This document shows positions 37,747 to 47,441 of a stretch of 64,000 nt of DNA, piece after piece. The stretch covers positions 640,001 through 704,000 of the forward strand of contig OZ252287.1 of the NCBI GenBank assembly GCA_965250085.1, in the 5' to 3' direction. The position numbers were made by a program, and so were the translations under genes. The notes under the pieces were generated by a model. The model was not told the origin of the DNA. It saw nothing but the letters and a program-made list of their open reading frames with translations, and searched no databases. Numbering within the stretch: position 1 is the stretch's first letter; each line of letters begins with the position of its first letter. Source of the DNA: Candidatus Altimarinota bacterium. Its GTDB lineage: Bacteria > Patescibacteriota > Gracilibacteria > CAIRYL01.

Positions 37747-38817
37747 TCAAGCTCTCATATTTTTCAGTTTCTGGATAGCTTTTGCATTCGCTGAAGGAAA
37801 TTTATATTTTCCGAATTCATGAGCCGGAATCCATTGTATTTCCTCGTGCTCTAAGCACTTTGGTGTGCCCTGCAAAATTTGGCATCGAAAAAATCGGATT
37901 CTCCATAAAAATTCACCATCCTCCCATACGTCTTCAAAAAAGTGAGGTCGTACTGAGACTTCGACTCCAAGTTCTTCCTGTATTTCACGTTTGAGTGCAT
38001 GCCTCCAGCTTTCGCCTTTTTCGCGTTTCCCGCCAGGAAATTCCCAAAAGCCACCCTGATTATCCGTTCGCTTGGCAATCAGATATTTTCTTTGGTGATG
38101 AATGCAAGCTGCTGCCACCTCTATCGCCGGTTTTAGAGAAACGATTTTTTTTCGTGGTGGAGAGAGCAAAGATTTTTCCCATTTTTCCTTTTTTCCACTT
38201 TGGAAAAATGAACACTCTGTTTGAAGTGGGCACACTTCGCATTGTACTCTTCTGCTCTGACAAAGAGTTGCTCCTAAGTCCATAAGTGTGTGGTTGAGAT
38301 TGGGAGCTTTTTTGTTGGCCAGCTCAAAAAGACTTTCTGATCGTTTTGGCAGCCCTTTATCGGTACAAAAAAATACTCGTTTTAAAACGCGCTTTATATT
38401 GGTATCTAATGCTGGAACAGGCTTATTGTATGCGAAACTCAAAATAGCAGATGCCGTATATTCACCTACTCCCGGCAGCTTCAGAAGATCGTTCCTCGTT
38501 CCTGGAAATTTGCCGCCAAATTCATCACAAATCATACGTGCCGTGAGCAGCATGTTTTTTCCACGTGAATAAAATCCAAGCCCCCTCCAGTACGGGAGAA
38601 TATCTTTCCATGTTGCTTCTGCAAGAGTCTGCACATCTGGAAATCGTTCCAAAAAGCGATGATAGTAGTCAATTACACGACTTACCTGTGTCTGCTGGAG
38701 CATAATTTCTGAAACCCAAACCTTGTACGGATCATGAGTATCTCTCCACAGTAAATCACGCTTTTTAGTTTTGTACCATTGCAGTAATTTAGAGGTGATG
38801 TTTTTATTTTTTTCTAT
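37747..38817 (-). CDS. mutY: A/G-specific adenine glycosylase MutY fused to an intact MutT/NUDIX domain
   Basis: Frame extends upstream of the called ORF through LLQWY..KRDLLWR..DPYKVWVSEIMLQQT. Also LPGVGEYTA, an FeS Cys cluster and a complete Nudix box. Start codon uncertain (ATA at 38817?). Confidence 0.9.
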   Translation of the reverse strand: MEKNKNITSKLLQWYKTKKRDLLWRDTHDPYKVWVSEIMLQQTQVSRVIDYYHRFLERFPDVQTLAEATWKDILPYWRGLGFYSRGKNMLLTARMICDEFGGKFPGTRNDLLKLPGVGEYTASAILSFAYNKPVPALDTNIKRVLKRVFFCTDKGLPKRSESLFELANKKAPNLNHTLMDLGATLCQSRRVQCEVCPLQTECSFFQSGKKEKWEKSLLSPPRKKIVSLKPAIEVAAACIHHQRKYLIAKRTDNQGGFWEFPGGKREKGESWRHALKREIQEELGVEVSVRPHFFEDVWEDGEFLWRIRFFRCQILQGTPKCLEHEEIQWIPAHEFGKYKFPSANAKAIQKLKNMRA

Positions 38818-38985
38818 ATTTTATGGGTCAGAAGCATTCTTTTGTATTGTTGCGAAAAAATATTATATATGGAAAGTAAAAACTTTTATATGATGAAGTT
38901 TTGATTTTTTCCGATAGTTGAAGTTGAATACTGTGACTAGTAATTTTATTTTATTTATGATATAATATTATAATTAAATATTTTA

Positions 38986-40383
38986 ATGCCAGAAGACTCT
39001 CTTGATATTTCGGCACAGCCTATAGCAGGCCAAGATCCAGATATCTTGTTGGAGAAGATTTCCTGTAATAACCTCGCAAGTCATCAGCTTTCAGGTCTTC
39101 AAGTAAAAATTGATTGTCATAACCAGTTCCAGTGGCAGGCTCGGCAAAATATACAATGGAAAGATGAAATTTTGCAAAAAAACAAAGAAATAATTGCATC
39201 TCTTTTTTCCGATTCTGTCCAAGTTCCGCCTCCAAAAGGACGTACAAATGAGTCTCTTATAAAAATGTTTGAGCGAGTGTACGCACAAGATAATTCCAGA
39301 AGGAACAAGGATGGAAAAAATTCATATGACTTGCTCTTTGAGGGCTGGCAAAGAATGATTGCATATGATCCTAAGCTCGGAAAAACACATTTACAGATGA
39401 TACATGAATATTGCATGGCGGAGAGATTTCCATTTGAACTGCTCCCTTTTCTTGCCCTTGCTGAGTCACACTGGAAGCCAAACGCTCTGTCTTCAAAAAA
39501 AGCAGCTGGATACCTCCAATTCATGCCAAAAACATGGGAAGCATGGGGTACTAAAGACGATAACGGAATGTCTGTAGATATGAGAAATGATCCCGTAGAA
39601 AGCGTCAAAGCCGGAATTCGGTATCTCAAGTGGTGTTATCGAAAAACGATAGAGTGGGACACTGGAAAAATGCCAATAGATAAAGAGGTCGATTATAAGG
39701 AGTCTCGGCGATGGCACTGGGCTATGTGGATATACAATTCTGGTCCTGGAAGGTCTACAAAGGGTGTATACCACCATTATAGAAAAAACAAAGATCCTAT
39801 GTACTATCCGAAAATTTGTAATAGTACAGAGAGCAAGCAGTATGTTCCTAAAATATATGCCATTCGGGAAGTTCTTAAAAAACAAATGCCAAGCATTGCA
39901 AATGTGCAAATTGCTCATTCTGAAACTGAAAAACTCCCAAGGTCAAATAAAGAATTAATTTCTTCTCCTCGACCAGAGATACAAGTGTCTCAAAATAATA
40001 AGAATCAAACGGAATCTGAAGAAGCTCAATTAGACAAAGAAGCTATAAAAGAATCTGTTGTATATCGTATGCACTTTGGTGATAGAGTTGCTGACATTGC
40101 ATTCCGACTTTGTGGATATGCATCTGACCGTGTCATAAAACAAATAAAAATGTTGAATCCTAGTCTCAACATCAATCGTATTCGATCTGGACAAAGGATT
40201 CGTATTCCCGCTGAAGAGATTATAGTACCAAAAACTGGAGTTGCTCAAATCACTGCTAGGAGATACATCTCAGGGGTAGACCCTCATGATGCCCGACTCT
40301 ATCTCCATTATCTCAATAGAAAAAATCCGGAGCTAAGCCCGATCAGACCGGGAGACACAATCATTGCACCCCTCGTGTATTAG
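38986..40383 (+). CDS. Lytic transglycosylase (SLT domain) with C-terminal LysM-like repeats
   Basis: AESHWKPNALS..AAGYLQFMPKTW, DPVESVKAGIRYL, YNSGPG. GDRVADIA..LNPSLNINRIRSGQRIRIP. Confidence 0.85.
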   Translation: MPEDSLDISAQPIAGQDPDILLEKISCNNLASHQLSGLQVKIDCHNQFQWQARQNIQWKDEILQKNKEIIASLFSDSVQVPPPKGRTNESLIKMFERVYAQDNSRRNKDGKNSYDLLFEGWQRMIAYDPKLGKTHLQMIHEYCMAERFPFELLPFLALAESHWKPNALSSKKAAGYLQFMPKTWEAWGTKDDNGMSVDMRNDPVESVKAGIRYLKWCYRKTIEWDTGKMPIDKEVDYKESRRWHWAMWIYNSGPGRSTKGVYHHYRKNKDPMYYPKICNSTESKQYVPKIYAIREVLKKQMPSIANVQIAHSETEKLPRSNKELISSPRPEIQVSQNNKNQTESEEAQLDKEAIKESVVYRMHFGDRVADIAFRLCGYASDRVIKQIKMLNPSLNINRIRSGQRIRIPAEEIIVPKTGVAQITARRYISGVDPHDARLYLHYLNRKNPELSPIRPGDTIIAPLVY

Positions 40384-40726
40384 TTTGTTCTGGAAAAATA
40401 AGTATGTTTGCTTCCGAACTAGTGCTTTTAGCAACGGGCGCAATTGGACCGACTGACAAACGATCGCACTCTTTTTGTATAAGACTAATGACTTCTTCTC
40501 TAGGATGTCTACTCGCAATATTTACTGCATAAATTTGGAGTTGATTGGCTTCCTCTGGATCATTTGGAAAAGGTATCCTAACCTCTTTTTGTCCAGGAAA
40601 AATTATTTGATAAAACCGATCCGCACAAGAAGTGATCTGCATTCTACAGTTTGTGTTAGTGAAGTTAAAATCCATTTTCCCTTTAGGGAGTGACCGTCTA
40701 TCTTCTATGGATACAACTTTAGACAT
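40361..40726 (-). CDS. Hypothetical protein
   Basis: 121-aa ORF with an upstream TTGACA..TACAGT promoter-like site. Confidence 0.6.
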   Translation of the reverse strand: MSKVVSIEDRRSLPKGKMDFNFTNTNCRMQITSCADRFYQIIFPGQKEVRIPFPNDPEEANQLQIYAVNIASRHPREEVISLIQKECDRLSVGPIAPVAKSTSSEANILIFPEQTNTRGVQ

Positions 40727-40870
40727 ACTACTTAAGAAATGTATTAAGAAATGTATTTTGTACTGTACATGTTTGACAATTTATGTCAAGCATCGGAGAG
40801 ATTTGCTTGTTTCTATGTATGATCTGTGTTATAATGAGTAGAATTTTTAACAAGTTTATATACTTCTCGT

Positions 40871-41755
40871 ATGCCTGATGAATTTGTTGCTCCCGCAGAT
40901 TATGAAGATCGTGTTGCCGACAAGCACGAAGAAAAGCGGGATGTTATAGAAAAAATAGGAAAAAACTTTAAAAATTTTAAACAGGAATTTGTAGATGAGT
41001 TTACGCAGGGTATGTCCAATAAAAAGCTTGTTGGAGAGCTGGAAAGTGCGAATTGGAGAACTCTCACCGTTTCCAATGTTCTTGCGATTCAAACATTGCT
41101 GTATCGCCTCGGATTTAATTCAAAGAGCAATATAGACGGCGGATATGCTTGGAAAGCGGTGCAGCATTTGAGAAGTCCCGAGGAAATAAAGGCTCGTGGC
41201 AGTAAAACACAAAAAGCTGTCTTGGCTTTCCAGGAAAGATTTGGCTTGCAAACCGATGGGCAATTTGGCCCACAGAGCTTTGGAAAGCTCAAAGAAGTTT
41301 TTGCTTCCCTTCAGGGTAGTCAAAAAGGAGTTGCCGAGCAAGCACTCCCCACTGAACCTGCTGCTCAGAAAAAAGAAGTTGCCAAAAATCCTCCAAAAAA
41401 AGATTTACAAGAAGACTCCGAAAAGGAACAAGTGCCATCTCCTTCTCTGCAGAAGGTATTTCAGAGCCTGCAGCAGAGTGATGCTTTTGATATGGTATCG
41501 AAACCTCCCTTTCAGAAGGATGGACGGGAAAGGATTTTTATTCTCACGAAAGGACAAGAAGGAGCTTTTATTCTCACGAAAGAAAGCAACGTCTATAGCA
41601 TCAGCTATACATCGAAAAATCCTGAAGATCAGAGGTTTGAAACTTGGGCAGATCAAACCACAATATCAGACTCTTTTGTGTTGCATCCGCTTTTAACGCC
41701 GGAAAATGCTGTTGGAATCATAGAAAAATATATAAGGGAATATGAGGAAAGATAA
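40871..41755 (+). CDS. Peptidoglycan-binding (PG_binding_1) domain protein
   Basis: VLAIQTLLYRLGF..IDG and KTQKAVLAFQERFGLQTDGQFGPQS. Confidence 0.8.
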   Translation: MPDEFVAPADYEDRVADKHEEKRDVIEKIGKNFKNFKQEFVDEFTQGMSNKKLVGELESANWRTLTVSNVLAIQTLLYRLGFNSKSNIDGGYAWKAVQHLRSPEEIKARGSKTQKAVLAFQERFGLQTDGQFGPQSFGKLKEVFASLQGSQKGVAEQALPTEPAAQKKEVAKNPPKKDLQEDSEKEQVPSPSLQKVFQSLQQSDAFDMVSKPPFQKDGRERIFILTKGQEGAFILTKESNVYSISYTSKNPEDQRFETWADQTTISDSFVLHPLLTPENAVGIIEKYIREYEER

Positions 41756-41837
41756 AAAGCTCAATTGAAATTCTTCTCAAGAAGGAAGCTTATTGATAGC
41801 GCTTAAAATTCAGTCCAAGGTTTTTGAGTATTACCTG

Positions 41838-41864
41838 TTGACAAGATTGCGTATATTATATAAT
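41838..41864 (+). promoter_or_regulatory. Sigma70-type promoter
   Basis: TTGACA at 41838 and TATAAT at 41859, upstream of the 41893 ORF. The spacer is 15 nt, which is suboptimal. Confidence 0.5.
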
Positions 41865-41892
41865 AATACGCTTCTGTTTTTTTATTTACGCG

Positions 41893-42699
41893 GTGTCTTT
41901 CAATAAAAGTACTATCGATTCCTCTTTTTCCTCTTCTTTCGATCTTTCGAGCGATAGGAGTCTCTCTTTTAATAGTCTCCTGCGCGCTGCTTCTGCTCGA
42001 GCTCTTATTGCAGGACTCCTGAGTCTCAATGGGCTCGCACTGGGAATAAAAGGAGCAAATGCACAGGAGATTCCAGATGATATATGGGAAAGAAAAATTG
42101 CCATCACGAGAGCCCTCGAGTCAGATTCTTCATCTGAACCCGTTGTTCCTGATGAAACTCTCTCCTTGCCTCCTGCTCCCCAAAATGATATTGAGGAGGG
42201 TATCGCAAATATTGAGAGCACTGCTTTTGATGAACCCAAAAAAGAAATGGTTTCTCTTCCTCAAGAACAAGAACCTGAAAACACTTTTTTTTGGCACAGT
42301 GTCATTGGAGGTCGAACACTTGCAATATTAACAGCACTTACAGCACTGGGCTCAGCAGGTTATCTATTGCGAAAAAAAAATCAATCTGATGCATCTCCTG
42401 AATCTTTCAAGCCTCGAACAGATTTCTCCTTTTTGCCTGCTCAAATAAAAGAAAAAATGTGGTCTCTCTCTTCAAAGGCAGGAGCAACCATTTCTAGTCT
42501 TAGAGACGCGTTGAAAAAGAAGGTTCATGCTTTGAAGAAAAAGAGAGAAAATGAGCAAATATCAGATTCACCGGAGAGGAATGATTTTGCTGATAAACCT
42601 TCTGACGAAGAAGTGAGTAGTGAAGGCGGCGACCTATTTCGCCTTTCTCCTGAGGAAGCAGAAAGCATACCCAGTTTTTTTGATGGAAATGATCAATAA
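41893..42699 (+). CDS. Hypothetical membrane-anchored low-complexity protein
   Basis: Signal-like segment ending ANA-QE, an internal TM followed by RKK, acidic linkers. Confidence 0.68.
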   Translation: MSFNKSTIDSSFSSSFDLSSDRSLSFNSLLRAASARALIAGLLSLNGLALGIKGANAQEIPDDIWERKIAITRALESDSSSEPVVPDETLSLPPAPQNDIEEGIANIESTAFDEPKKEMVSLPQEQEPENTFFWHSVIGGRTLAILTALTALGSAGYLLRKKNQSDASPESFKPRTDFSFLPAQIKEKMWSLSSKAGATISSLRDALKKKVHALKKKRENEQISDSPERNDFADKPSDEEVSSEGGDLFRLSPEEAESIPSFFDGNDQ

Positions 42700-42739
42700 G
42701 AGAATTTTTACATTTTTTACGCAACCTTAACTCATAATT

Positions 42740-45700
42740 ATGTTCAAGATTAATACTCCAAAACCAGATTCTGATTCTCCTGATAATTCGCCACGTCCTG
42801 AAGAGGCTCTTCCAACAGGTGCATTAGAGGCAGTCCAGAGTCAAACGCATGTTTCGGCAGAGACTGTGCAGGAATACCCAGAGGTAGAACCAGATATGAG
42901 TGCTGAGAACGCCCTTGATGCATCAGAGGGAGAAGATATATTGATCCAAGTAGAAGTGGTAAGCCTTGAAAAGAATGGAAAAATTGTTGTGAGTATTGGT
43001 CCCGATTATAATACCTATGATTCTCACACAAGAGCCAATCCAAGAGTCAATCATACCCTTGTTCTTCCCCCTGAAATACAAGATCCCTCTCGCTTGGATA
43101 CCACAAAGCAAGTGATACTCGCCATTGCTTCTGCTCTTCACCTCTCCATGGAAAAGGAGTTGCATTCATCAGAGCAAATTCATTCAGGGCTTGCCAAGAT
43201 AAGTGCTATGAGAGGATCATTTGGAAAACAGTTTCGGAAAGGGTTCCCGAATTCAGAAGTTTTTAAAAGCGTAGTAAGAAAATTGAGTCAAGAATGTATC
43301 GGGGTTGCAAGACACCATGAGACAGGTGAAGTTCTGTCCTACATTGAAGCTCTTCAGAAGATAGCCAAACAATCAAAAACGACTCTACAAAAAGATATTT
43401 CTCCTGAACAACTTGGGAAATGTATAAGACCCATTTTTCGAGAGATTGCACGCATTGAAGAGTCCTTCTCTCTCTCTCGTTCTACAAGACGTCAGTATGA
43501 TTCATTTACAGAAAGTCTGCAAGAGGCCAAAACGAATAATTTTCACAACATCAAAGAATGGTGTATGAAAAATATCGTTGCTGATATTAAAAAAGCTTCT
43601 AAGGTACAAGGAGATACTTCACACCAAAGTCGAAAAGAAAAGACTGATCAAAAGCTGCGTATCTTACAAGAGTGTTTAGAAACCGTCGAATCACAGCTCT
43701 CTTCAGAGGATAAGAATTTATTTGTACAGCGCTATGCAGAGCCATTGATGCGTGAAGTTCAGTTTGTCCAAGGGGTCTCTCAGGAAGAATATTTTCAAGG
43801 CATATTGCAGGGTACTAAGCATTTATTAGAAGAAACAAGGAAGATCTCATTTGATGTAAATAGAGGAAGGGAACAATTTAAAAGCATTCGAACGTCAGCA
43901 AAACTTTTGGAGCAGCAAGGGAGGATTCTAGGCACCGACCAGAGAGCCGAAATAACAGCAAAATTGGATGAAGTTGAAAGCGCTCTTACCAGCATTGTTA
44001 CGGAACCGTTGGGGATTCAATTACAGAAGCTTAATGAGAAGCATTTGATAAAAACCATTAAGGGAAGAGATCCTGCTGATTTTAAAGATTTTAGAGCAAA
44101 GGTTTCTTCCCATATAGGAGCATTAAAAAAGATGGGGGAGGATGTTAGAAAACTTGATCCCAATCATCCTATCGTACAAGCTATACAAGATGAACAAATA
44201 CGGCAGGAAAGCCGCCTCTTCACAAGCTTTGTGGATGAGATGACCCTCCTGAGAGAAGATCTCGAGAGTGACCTCTCACAGATTGATACAAAAACAAATG
44301 TAGATGCCTGGATGTCACAAATATCTACCATAAGTGAAAAATATGTAACAAAGATCCGAAGCCTGGTCGGAAAAATACAGCGTGCACCTTTTACCAGTAT
44401 CAGTAAAAATAAAATAGCATCAGAAATGGATGCATTTAAAACGCATGTATCTTTGCAGTTTTATGAATTTTTGAAAAAACAGATATACGCAATATCTGAT
44501 TTGCAACAGAAGCAGTTACAAGAGGGATCTCCTCTACAGCTCACGACCAGTCAAAGTCAGGTCGATCTTTCCTCTCTAGAAGCTGAATTTTCGGGAAAAA
44601 ATATTCCAGACAGATTACGTCATATGATTGAACGTCTTGGAGATATAAAAAATGAAAAAAGACTCACCGTGGATCCTGAAGTTTTACAATCTCTTTGCAA
44701 AGGAACAGGAAATGAAATCGAAATACAAGCAACACGCGCAATGCTTATGGAGAGAAACTCTCAAATCAGCAGTCATATTGCAGTACTAGAAAAAAATTTA
44801 GAAGAGATTCCAAAGCTTATGAGATCTGTATCTCATTATTCAGAGGTCTATGAACAAACGCGAGACAGTCTTATGAAAGAAAGAGGGGAATGCAGAGAAA
44901 TTTATGACAGTATGGACCAAGATTTTTCCAGGAATATAGATGCGATCTCAGCCTTATTAGAAAAACTTGAGTCAATTGATGCGGAGAAGTCTGACATCAA
45001 AGCACTCTTAAAAGATCACCAGAAACATCTCAATATGATTCTTGTGCAAGGGAAGGAGCTGATCACGAAAAGACGAGGTGCTGTGCGGTCACAGGCAAGG
45101 AGTGCTCTTGACCAGATGGTCTCTCTTCTGAATCAAAAAGCCTTACAGCGAGATACTCTTCAGGAACAATTGTCTGATTGGCAGGAACTGTCTTCAGGCT
45201 TTCGAAAAGTAGAAAGAGATATGAATAATTTTCTCAAAAAGCTCCTCCAGTGGCTCCAAGAGTGCCAGGGTAATCTCTCCGCTCTGGAAGTAAAAATGAA
45301 ATCGGAAAATATAGAACTGTCTGATGCGTTCTTTCCTTCAGAAGCTTCTCTCCCAGATACATCCTCTCCTGCTAAAAAACAAGCACCAAGAAAATCAATA
45401 CCCTTAACGCCTCGACAAAATTCAGTAGACCGACGACAAGAAGAGCGCTTACACAAAACTCTTTTCCTCTGGGCAAAGGAAATGACAGACGTATGGGATC
45501 GTGCTGATATAGTGAAAAATGGAGCTCGTGAGACAAGGTCCAATGGTCGTGAAAATGATATTTTTGTCCTGGGGAACCCTCTTGGCGACCAAGCACATTT
45601 TGACAAATCTATGAAGATGAAGATTCTTCCAAATGGCTTTCAACGCAAATTTATCATTGGCTCCGATCACAACCTTCTCACTCTTGCTCTTGCTATATAT

Positions 45701-47179
45701 GAAGGAAAAAACTCACTTGGTAGAGATCTTATGAGCCTGCTAGACACAAAAGGTGGATACAGTGTTCTTCAGACAATTTATGAGAATTTTGGTCCTTCTG
45801 AGGATCGAGATAGTGTGCTAAATTTTAATATTTCTCAAAAAAGTGATCGTATAAAATTTTTAGAAGCATTCTTACGAAGCAGATCGTGCATACTAAAAAA
45901 CATGGGAATAAGCCCATTTAAAACGATTGTATCTCATAGTGCAGTAATAGGCATGATTGATGATACCCTTGTCCTTAATGGTCCATGTACAAAAGATATT
46001 CTTGAGTTTCTCCAGCTTTTTCCAGAGAGTACACTTGCTGATGTGGTCCGATCAATTAATAAATGTTATGCCAATGTTTTTCAGGAGGGCATGGTCTTTG
46101 AAGGTATGAGCAGTTCATCTATTTCGCGTGAGAAAGTTATAGAAAAAATAGACGCCGGAGTAGGACAAGAACACCCCTTTCAATTGCCCACTTGTGATCA
46201 GGGAGGAGGTATTCAAAAAACGAATTTCGAATTTTGGGAATGGTCATTGGAAAAATTTGAGAGAGAAATGCATCGTCTTTATCAAAATAAAATTACCCAT
46301 GCCTATATTCGAAAGCCAGATGACATAACTCTCGACGAATTCATAAAGACGCTTGAAGATCAGCTCGAAATAACAATATCAAGAGGAGAGATAGTAGAGG
46401 CCATCGGTAATGCTCGATCGGGAAAAAAGGGAAATGGTCACCCCATAAAAAGAATCCCTATTCCTCTCAGAGTAATTGGGGGATTGAAAGAATTTCAAAA
46501 ATCACGAAAGTGGAACCTGACTGATCAAATAGAGGTAAGAGCAAATAACAACCATGTCTTCACAGATTTTTTCTGTAGTGATAAATATCCGCAGTATTTT
46601 CCTCAAGAAGTATTGTGGGCGGAAAATGAGCTATCGAATGAAGAAAGAACTCAACTGAAATTATTTTGGGAAATTCAGGATACATTTTTTGGACCAAAAA
46701 AAAGAATAACTCCTCCGACAAAAAACCAGCTTCAAAGATTACAACAAATTGGCATCAATACCATTGTCACCCCAGAGACTATTTATGTACTCGATGACCA
46801 AGATGAAGAAGGCACGATATCTCCAAAGCAAGTCCATCGTGAAGACAAGGGGGATATAATGCGTATCTTCCAAGATGGATCGATTGCTTTTGAAACCCTT
46901 CAGGAGAAACCGCCGAAAGAAAGTATACGAGATCGTCTACTGAATGCAATTCCTGCAGGAGTTGCTGACACCCTCAAATCTCGATTGCCAGGTTTAAATT
47001 CTCCTTCTCATTCTGAAGAAGGAGAACTGGTAGAGCACTTAGACTTTGTAGTGGGCGATGATTCTTCTGTCGAATCTCCTGCAGGAATGCGAGATGCAAT
47101 CTCCACCTTATTTCGCGGACACAGAAGAGGTCTTTCTGTTCAAGATTTGAAACCTTTGGGGGACAATAACAAGGATTAG
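42740..47179 (+). CDS. Large coiled-coil protein with a C-terminal globular domain
   Basis: 1479-aa uninterrupted ORF: helical/heptad region to about aa 850, P/S linker, then an alpha/beta domain. Confidence 0.85.
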   Translation: MFKINTPKPDSDSPDNSPRPEEALPTGALEAVQSQTHVSAETVQEYPEVEPDMSAENALDASEGEDILIQVEVVSLEKNGKIVVSIGPDYNTYDSHTRANPRVNHTLVLPPEIQDPSRLDTTKQVILAIASALHLSMEKELHSSEQIHSGLAKISAMRGSFGKQFRKGFPNSEVFKSVVRKLSQECIGVARHHETGEVLSYIEALQKIAKQSKTTLQKDISPEQLGKCIRPIFREIARIEESFSLSRSTRRQYDSFTESLQEAKTNNFHNIKEWCMKNIVADIKKASKVQGDTSHQSRKEKTDQKLRILQECLETVESQLSSEDKNLFVQRYAEPLMREVQFVQGVSQEEYFQGILQGTKHLLEETRKISFDVNRGREQFKSIRTSAKLLEQQGRILGTDQRAEITAKLDEVESALTSIVTEPLGIQLQKLNEKHLIKTIKGRDPADFKDFRAKVSSHIGALKKMGEDVRKLDPNHPIVQAIQDEQIRQESRLFTSFVDEMTLLREDLESDLSQIDTKTNVDAWMSQISTISEKYVTKIRSLVGKIQRAPFTSISKNKIASEMDAFKTHVSLQFYEFLKKQIYAISDLQQKQLQEGSPLQLTTSQSQVDLSSLEAEFSGKNIPDRLRHMIERLGDIKNEKRLTVDPEVLQSLCKGTGNEIEIQATRAMLMERNSQISSHIAVLEKNLEEIPKLMRSVSHYSEVYEQTRDSLMKERGECREIYDSMDQDFSRNIDAISALLEKLESIDAEKSDIKALLKDHQKHLNMILVQGKELITKRRGAVRSQARSALDQMVSLLNQKALQRDTLQEQLSDWQELSSGFRKVERDMNNFLKKLLQWLQECQGNLSALEVKMKSENIELSDAFFPSEASLPDTSSPAKKQAPRKSIPLTPRQNSVDRRQEERLHKTLFLWAKEMTDVWDRADIVKNGARETRSNGRENDIFVLGNPLGDQAHFDKSMKMKILPNGFQRKFIIGSDHNLLTLALAIYEGKNSLGRDLMSLLDTKGGYSVLQTIYENFGPSEDRDSVLNFNISQKSDRIKFLEAFLRSRSCILKNMGISPFKTIVSHSAVIGMIDDTLVLNGPCTKDILEFLQLFPESTLADVVRSINKCYANVFQEGMVFEGMSSSSISREKVIEKIDAGVGQEHPFQLPTCDQGGGIQKTNFEFWEWSLEKFEREMHRLYQNKITHAYIRKPDDITLDEFIKTLEDQLEITISRGEIVEAIGNARSGKKGNGHPIKRIPIPLRVIGGLKEFQKSRKWNLTDQIEVRANNNHVFTDFFCSDKYPQYFPQEVLWAENELSNEERTQLKLFWEIQDTFFGPKKRITPPTKNQLQRLQQIGINTIVTPETIYVLDDQDEEGTISPKQVHREDKGDIMRIFQDGSIAFETLQEKPPKESIRDRLLNAIPAGVADTLKSRLPGLNSPSHSEEGELVEHLDFVVGDDSSVESPAGMRDAISTLFRGHRRGLSVQDLKPLGDNNKD

Positions 47180-47253
47180 TGTTTTTACAGAGGATTCAAT
47201 ATTTTTTATTTTATAGATCCAGTGATTTTCTGTATTTTTCCACAAAGTCAACA

Positions 47254-47330
47254 TGGTGGACAATACTGGATTCGAACCAGTGGCCTCCCGCAAGTCAAGC
47301 GGGCGCTCTAGCCAACTGAGCTAATTGTCC
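47254..47330 (-). tRNA. tRNA-Val(GAC)
   Basis: GGACAAT/ATTGTCC acceptor stem plus ACCA, D arm TAGCTCAGTTGGCTAGAGC, anticodon loop TT-GAC-TT, T loop GGTTCGAATCC. Confidence 0.93.
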
Positions 47331-47441
47331 ACAAATTTATTTTTTGGGAACTCAATTATACGAAGTCTTGCTTAATAAAAACAAGAAAACTTGTGCTGAA
47401 TGCGCTTTTACAGGTATAAAGGGTAGGATTTTTTCCGATGA

